From an uncultured Verrucomicrobiae bacterium (GTDB taxonomy: Bacteria; Verrucomicrobiota; Verrucomicrobiia; Chthoniobacterales; UBA10450): a DNA stretch of 64,000 bases. The notes beneath the pieces were generated by a model. The model did not search any database and was not told the origin of the DNA. It saw nothing but the letters and a program-made list of their open reading frames with translations. Of this stretch, positions 60,422 through 64,000 are shown piece after piece (position 1 is the first letter of the stretch; each line of letters starts with the position of its first letter). The stretch lies in assembly GCA_963735805.1 (NCBI GenBank), contig CAVTMK010000002.1:192001-256000 (forward strand). The letters run 5' to 3'. Position numbers and translations under genes: made by a program.

Positions 60422-62650
60422 CTACCTGTGGCGAGCGCGCTCTTCTTCTGCACTGAGTGGAGGAAACTCGACGTGACGCTTTTTCCAGGATTCCTCCCGA
60501 GCCTGGGCTTGCGTCCCGCTTACAAGCTGGAGCAAGCAGCAAGCGCGACCGCCAATATTGACGTCGTCACCCGACCCGAATGTTTTTGGCTGATCAAGGA
60601 AGCCCTTCGGATCCATTGTGTCGAGAATCAACTGCCACTCCAGATGCTCCTGGCCGGGCAGGACAAATGGGATTGGTTCGTAATGTGCATTGATCAGAAG
60701 GAGAAATGTTTCGTCACGGATTGGCTCGCCTTCGAAACTGAGAATATCGCTTGTGTCGCCGCTCAGCAGCATCCCGACACAGCGAACAAATGGCGACGCC
60801 CATTCTTCGTCGCTCATTTCACTCCCGCCCGGATTGAACCACATCACGTCGCGAATCTCCGAACCGCGTATCCGCCGACCCTGAAAAAATTTCGGCCGGC
60901 GAAACGTCGGATGCGCATTGCGAAATCCAATCAACTTGCGCGTGAATTCCAACAGCTGATTTTGCTTTTCGTTGCGTGTCCAGTTGAACCAGCTGATCTC
61001 ATTGTCCTGGCAATAAGCGTTGTTGTTGCCATTCTGTGATCGTCCCCATTCGTCGCCGCCGCTGAGCATCGGCACGCCTTGCGAAAGAAAAAGCGTAGTC
61101 AGAAAATTACGCTGTTGCCGTTCGCGCAACGCATTGATCTGTGGGTCGTCCGTCGGACCTTCCGCGCCGCAATTCCACGATAGATTATTGTTGTCGCCGT
61201 CTTTGTTGCCGTCATCGTTCGCTTCGTTGTGCTTTTCGTTGTAGCTGACCAGGTCGTTCAGCGTGAAACCATCGTGCGCGGTTACAAAATTCACACTGGC
61301 GTACGGCCGTCGACCATTGTGCTGGTACAAGTCGGGGCTCCCGGTAAGCCGGTATCCCATCTCGCCGATCCGGCCTTCGTCGCCTTTCCAAAAACCCCGA
61401 ACCGCATCGCGATATTTTCCGTTCCATTCCGACCACGGCGAAGGAAAATTTCCCACTTGATAGCCGCCGTCCCCAACATCCCACGGCTCCGCTATTAGTT
61501 TCACGTTCGAAAGGATCGGATCCTGCTGGATGGTTTGGAGAAAGGGATGCAGCATGTTTGCGCCGTCGCGATTGCGCACAAGGGTGGTCGCCAAATCGAA
61601 GCGAAATCCATCCACGTGCATTTCCACCACCCAATAACGCAGACTGTCGATCACTAATTGCAGGACGCGCGGATGAAGCAGATTAAACGTGTTGCCAGTG
61701 CCAGTGAAATCCAGATAGAAACGCGGATTTTCGGGATGCAACCGGTAATAGGCGGCGTTGTCGATGCCACGAAAGCAGAGCGTCGGACCAAGATGATTTC
61801 CCTCCGCGGTATGGTTGTAAACGACATCGAGAATCACTTCGATTCCGGCAGCGTGAAGACTGCGCACCATCGACTTGAATTCCTGGACTTGTTCTCCCAC
61901 TTGCCCGCCGCTGGAGTACTGCCCATGCGGCGCAAAAAATCCGATCGTATTGTAACCCCAGTAATTCGTCAGGCCGCGATCGATCAGGACCTTGTCCTCA
62001 ATGTGCGCGTGCACTGGTAATAGCTCGATGGCCGTCACGCCGAGCTTTTTGAAGTAATCAATGGCCGCCGGGCTGCCGAGTCCTGCGTAAGTGCCTCTCA
62101 ATTTCTCCGGCACATCGGGCCAAAGTTTGCTGAAGCCCTTCACGTGCACCTCATAGATCACAGAACTGTGCAGGGGCGTAGCGGGCTTCTGATCGCCCTG
62201 CCAATCGAATCCCGCGTCGATAACTACCGACTTGGGCACGCCCCACGCATCGTCTCGAAAATCCTGGGTCAGATCCTCTTTCTCGCCGCCGATAACGTAT
62301 CCGAACATTTCATCAGCCCAGCTCACTTCTCCGGCGATCGCCTTCGCGTACGGGTCGAGAAGGAGTTTCGAGCTGTTGAAGCGCAATCCGTGTTCCGGAT
62401 CATAAGGACCGGAAACGCGGAAACCGTACAACTGCCCAGGCCGTACATCCGGCAAAAATACATGCCAGACCTGATCGGTGCGTTCGTTGATGGGGATACG
62501 AATGTTTTCTTCGGTGGCCTCGATGTTGTCGAACAAGCAAAGCTCAACACCGGCAGCGTGCTCGGAAAAGATTGCAAAGTTGACGCCGTTCCCCATCCAG
62601 GTTGCGCCCAAAGGATAGGGGTAACCGAGGAAAGTCCGTACCGAAGTCAT
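60422..62650 (-). CDS. glgX: Glycogen debranching enzyme
   Basis: PYPLGAT, LLDPYAK, NYWGYN, DVVYNH, DGFRFDL, IAEPWD, AHDGFTL. Confidence 0.96.
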   Translation of the reverse strand: MTSVRTFLGYPYPLGATWMGNGVNFAIFSEHAAGVELCLFDNIEATEENIRIPINERTDQVWHVFLPDVRPGQLYGFRVSGPYDPEHGLRFNSSKLLLDPYAKAIAGEVSWADEMFGYVIGGEKEDLTQDFRDDAWGVPKSVVIDAGFDWQGDQKPATPLHSSVIYEVHVKGFSKLWPDVPEKLRGTYAGLGSPAAIDYFKKLGVTAIELLPVHAHIEDKVLIDRGLTNYWGYNTIGFFAPHGQYSSGGQVGEQVQEFKSMVRSLHAAGIEVILDVVYNHTAEGNHLGPTLCFRGIDNAAYYRLHPENPRFYLDFTGTGNTFNLLHPRVLQLVIDSLRYWVVEMHVDGFRFDLATTLVRNRDGANMLHPFLQTIQQDPILSNVKLIAEPWDVGDGGYQVGNFPSPWSEWNGKYRDAVRGFWKGDEGRIGEMGYRLTGSPDLYQHNGRRPYASVNFVTAHDGFTLNDLVSYNEKHNEANDDGNKDGDNNNLSWNCGAEGPTDDPQINALRERQQRNFLTTLFLSQGVPMLSGGDEWGRSQNGNNNAYCQDNEISWFNWTRNEKQNQLLEFTRKLIGFRNAHPTFRRPKFFQGRRIRGSEIRDVMWFNPGGSEMSDEEWASPFVRCVGMLLSGDTSDILSFEGEPIRDETFLLLINAHYEPIPFVLPGQEHLEWQLILDTMDPKGFLDQPKTFGSGDDVNIGGRACCLLQLVSGTQAQAREESWKKRHVEFPPLSAEEERARHR

Positions 62651-62762
62651 AAACGCGCCGCGCATTTATCCGGCATCGAGTCCGCATTGGCAATCATCAA
62701 CTGGGGCGACCGCACGGTCGCGCTAATGTTGCATTTGTCAGCGTGTCACTAAGATGACTTAA

Positions 62763-63290
62763 GTGATCGGCAAAATCATTGTCACAGCGGTGGCATCGGT
62801 TGCTCTCTGCGCCCTGGCTTTTTACTTCTACGCACATCACAATTGGCATCCGCTGCCGGGAGGCACAGCAATCGATCGGATCGTCGTGGAAAAAGCAGAA
62901 AGGAAACTGTCGATCTTTCGCGACGGCAATGAGATCAAAAGCTATCGAATCGCGTTAGGTGGGAATCCGGTTGGCGCGAAGCAAGAAGAAGGCGACATGA
63001 AAACGCCGGAAGGAATTTACAAGATCGATAGTCGAAATCCGCAGAGCAGTTTTCACCTCGCGTTGCACATTTCTTATCCGTCAGATGAAGACAAACTGCG
63101 CGCGGCTGCGCGAGGCGTCTCAGCCGGTTCTGACATCATGATTCACGGAATTCAGAACGGACGCGGCTGGATTGGGACCTTTCATCGTTGGAAAGATTGG
63201 ACTGCCGGCTGCATCGCACTCACTGACGAACAGATCGAAGAACTCTGGCGTGCGACGCCGGATGGGACGACGGTCGAGATTCGTCCGTAG
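62763..63290 (+). CDS. L,D-transpeptidase family protein (YkuD, YafK-like)
   Basis: GDMKTPEG, ISYP, IMIHG, WTAGCIAL. Confidence 0.88.
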   Translation: MIGKIIVTAVASVALCALAFYFYAHHNWHPLPGGTAIDRIVVEKAERKLSIFRDGNEIKSYRIALGGNPVGAKQEEGDMKTPEGIYKIDSRNPQSSFHLALHISYPSDEDKLRAAARGVSAGSDIMIHGIQNGRGWIGTFHRWKDWTAGCIALTDEQIEELWRATPDGTTVEIRP

Positions 63291-63468
63291 TTTTCACAGC
63301 CGATGTTGCCCATCACCCAATAAAAAATTCCTCATGGAACCGGAGGACAAGGAACTGCGAGGCCGCAAATGGTTGAGGAACCTGCTCGCGAGAAACTGAC
63401 CGGCGCTACATCAGCCTCATCCCGATTGCTCCATTGCGAATTCTAGAGACCGAAGTAAAACGAGATCA

Positions 63469-64000
63469 ATGAAGGCTATTCGCGTGCATGAATTTGGTGG
63501 TCCGGAAGTTCTTCGCCTTGAAGAGGTGCCGACACCGCAGCCCGGTCCTGGTGAAGTCCTAATTCGAATGCACGCAATCGGTGTGAACCCGGTAGAGACA
63601 TACATTCGTGCTGGAACTTATGCGCGATTGCCGAGGCTGCCTTACACCCCAGGTAACGACGGCGCGGGCATTGTTGAGCAAATTGGCGACTCCGTCACGG
63701 GGTTTAGATCGGGCGATCGCGTTTACACTGCGGGATCAGTGAGCGGCACGTATGCCGAGTTAGCATTGTGCAAAACAGAGCAAGTACATGCGCTGCCGGA
63801 AAAAGTTTCGTTCGCACAAGGCGCAACTGTGGGCACGCCATACGCAACGGCATATCGCGGAATGTTTCAGCGCGCCGAAGCCAAACCGGGCGAAACGGTG
63901 TTGGTGCACGGTGCCAGTGGTGGTGTCGGGACGGCAGCCGTGCAACTGGCGCGCGCTCGCGGTCTGCGTGTATTTGGCACCGCGGGCAGTGACGAAGGCT
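63469..64000 (+). CDS. NADPH:quinone reductase (zeta-crystallin-like), truncated by window end
   Basis: [32 protein letters not shown]. Confidence 0.9.
   Translation, partial: MKAIRVHEFGGPEVLRLEEVPTPQPGPGEVLIRMHAIGVNPVETYIRAGTYARLPRLPYTPGNDGAGIVEQIGDSVTGFRSGDRVYTAGSVSGTYAELALCKTEQVHALPEKVSFAQGATVGTPYATAYRGMFQRAEAKPGETVLVHGASGGVGTAAVQLARARGLRVFGTAGSDEG

Overview
A 64-kb bacterial chromosomal segment. The protein style suggests a soil Verrucomicrobiota/Chthoniobacterales-like organism, but that is inference and was not tested. The left half holds metabolic genes (mtnA plus class II aldolase, AKR, HD hydrolase) and an accessory block with three GlxA-type AraC regulators, two MocR regulators, two paralogous TonB-dependent receptors and exported MsrA/MsrB; recurring 21-bp and 23-bp operator-like repeats link these genes. 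The middle is envelope and housekeeping: KirBac, ankyrin-YkuD, DegQ, kinase-MurQ fusion, ligA, an ECF sigma operon ending in an HtrA homologue that lacks all three catalytic residues, a TerB-like/ABC fusion and ftsH. Directly after ftsH is a decayed integron: a 29-codon intI stub, an attI-like GTTAGGT and about five cassettes with attC-like sites. The best finding is an IS110 element inserted in the first attC. Its left non-coding end encodes a readable bridge RNA whose target loop matches the attC flanks (TCGATGAAGC / CTAACGG) and whose donor loop matches the element's own ends (ACAGTTACT / CTTCT), so it is a candidate RNA-guided recombinase programmed against integron attC sites. The window ends with hpf, a host-attachment family gene, glgX, an L,D-transpeptidase and a partial quinone reductase. 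All calls were made by eye from motifs; no database search was run.
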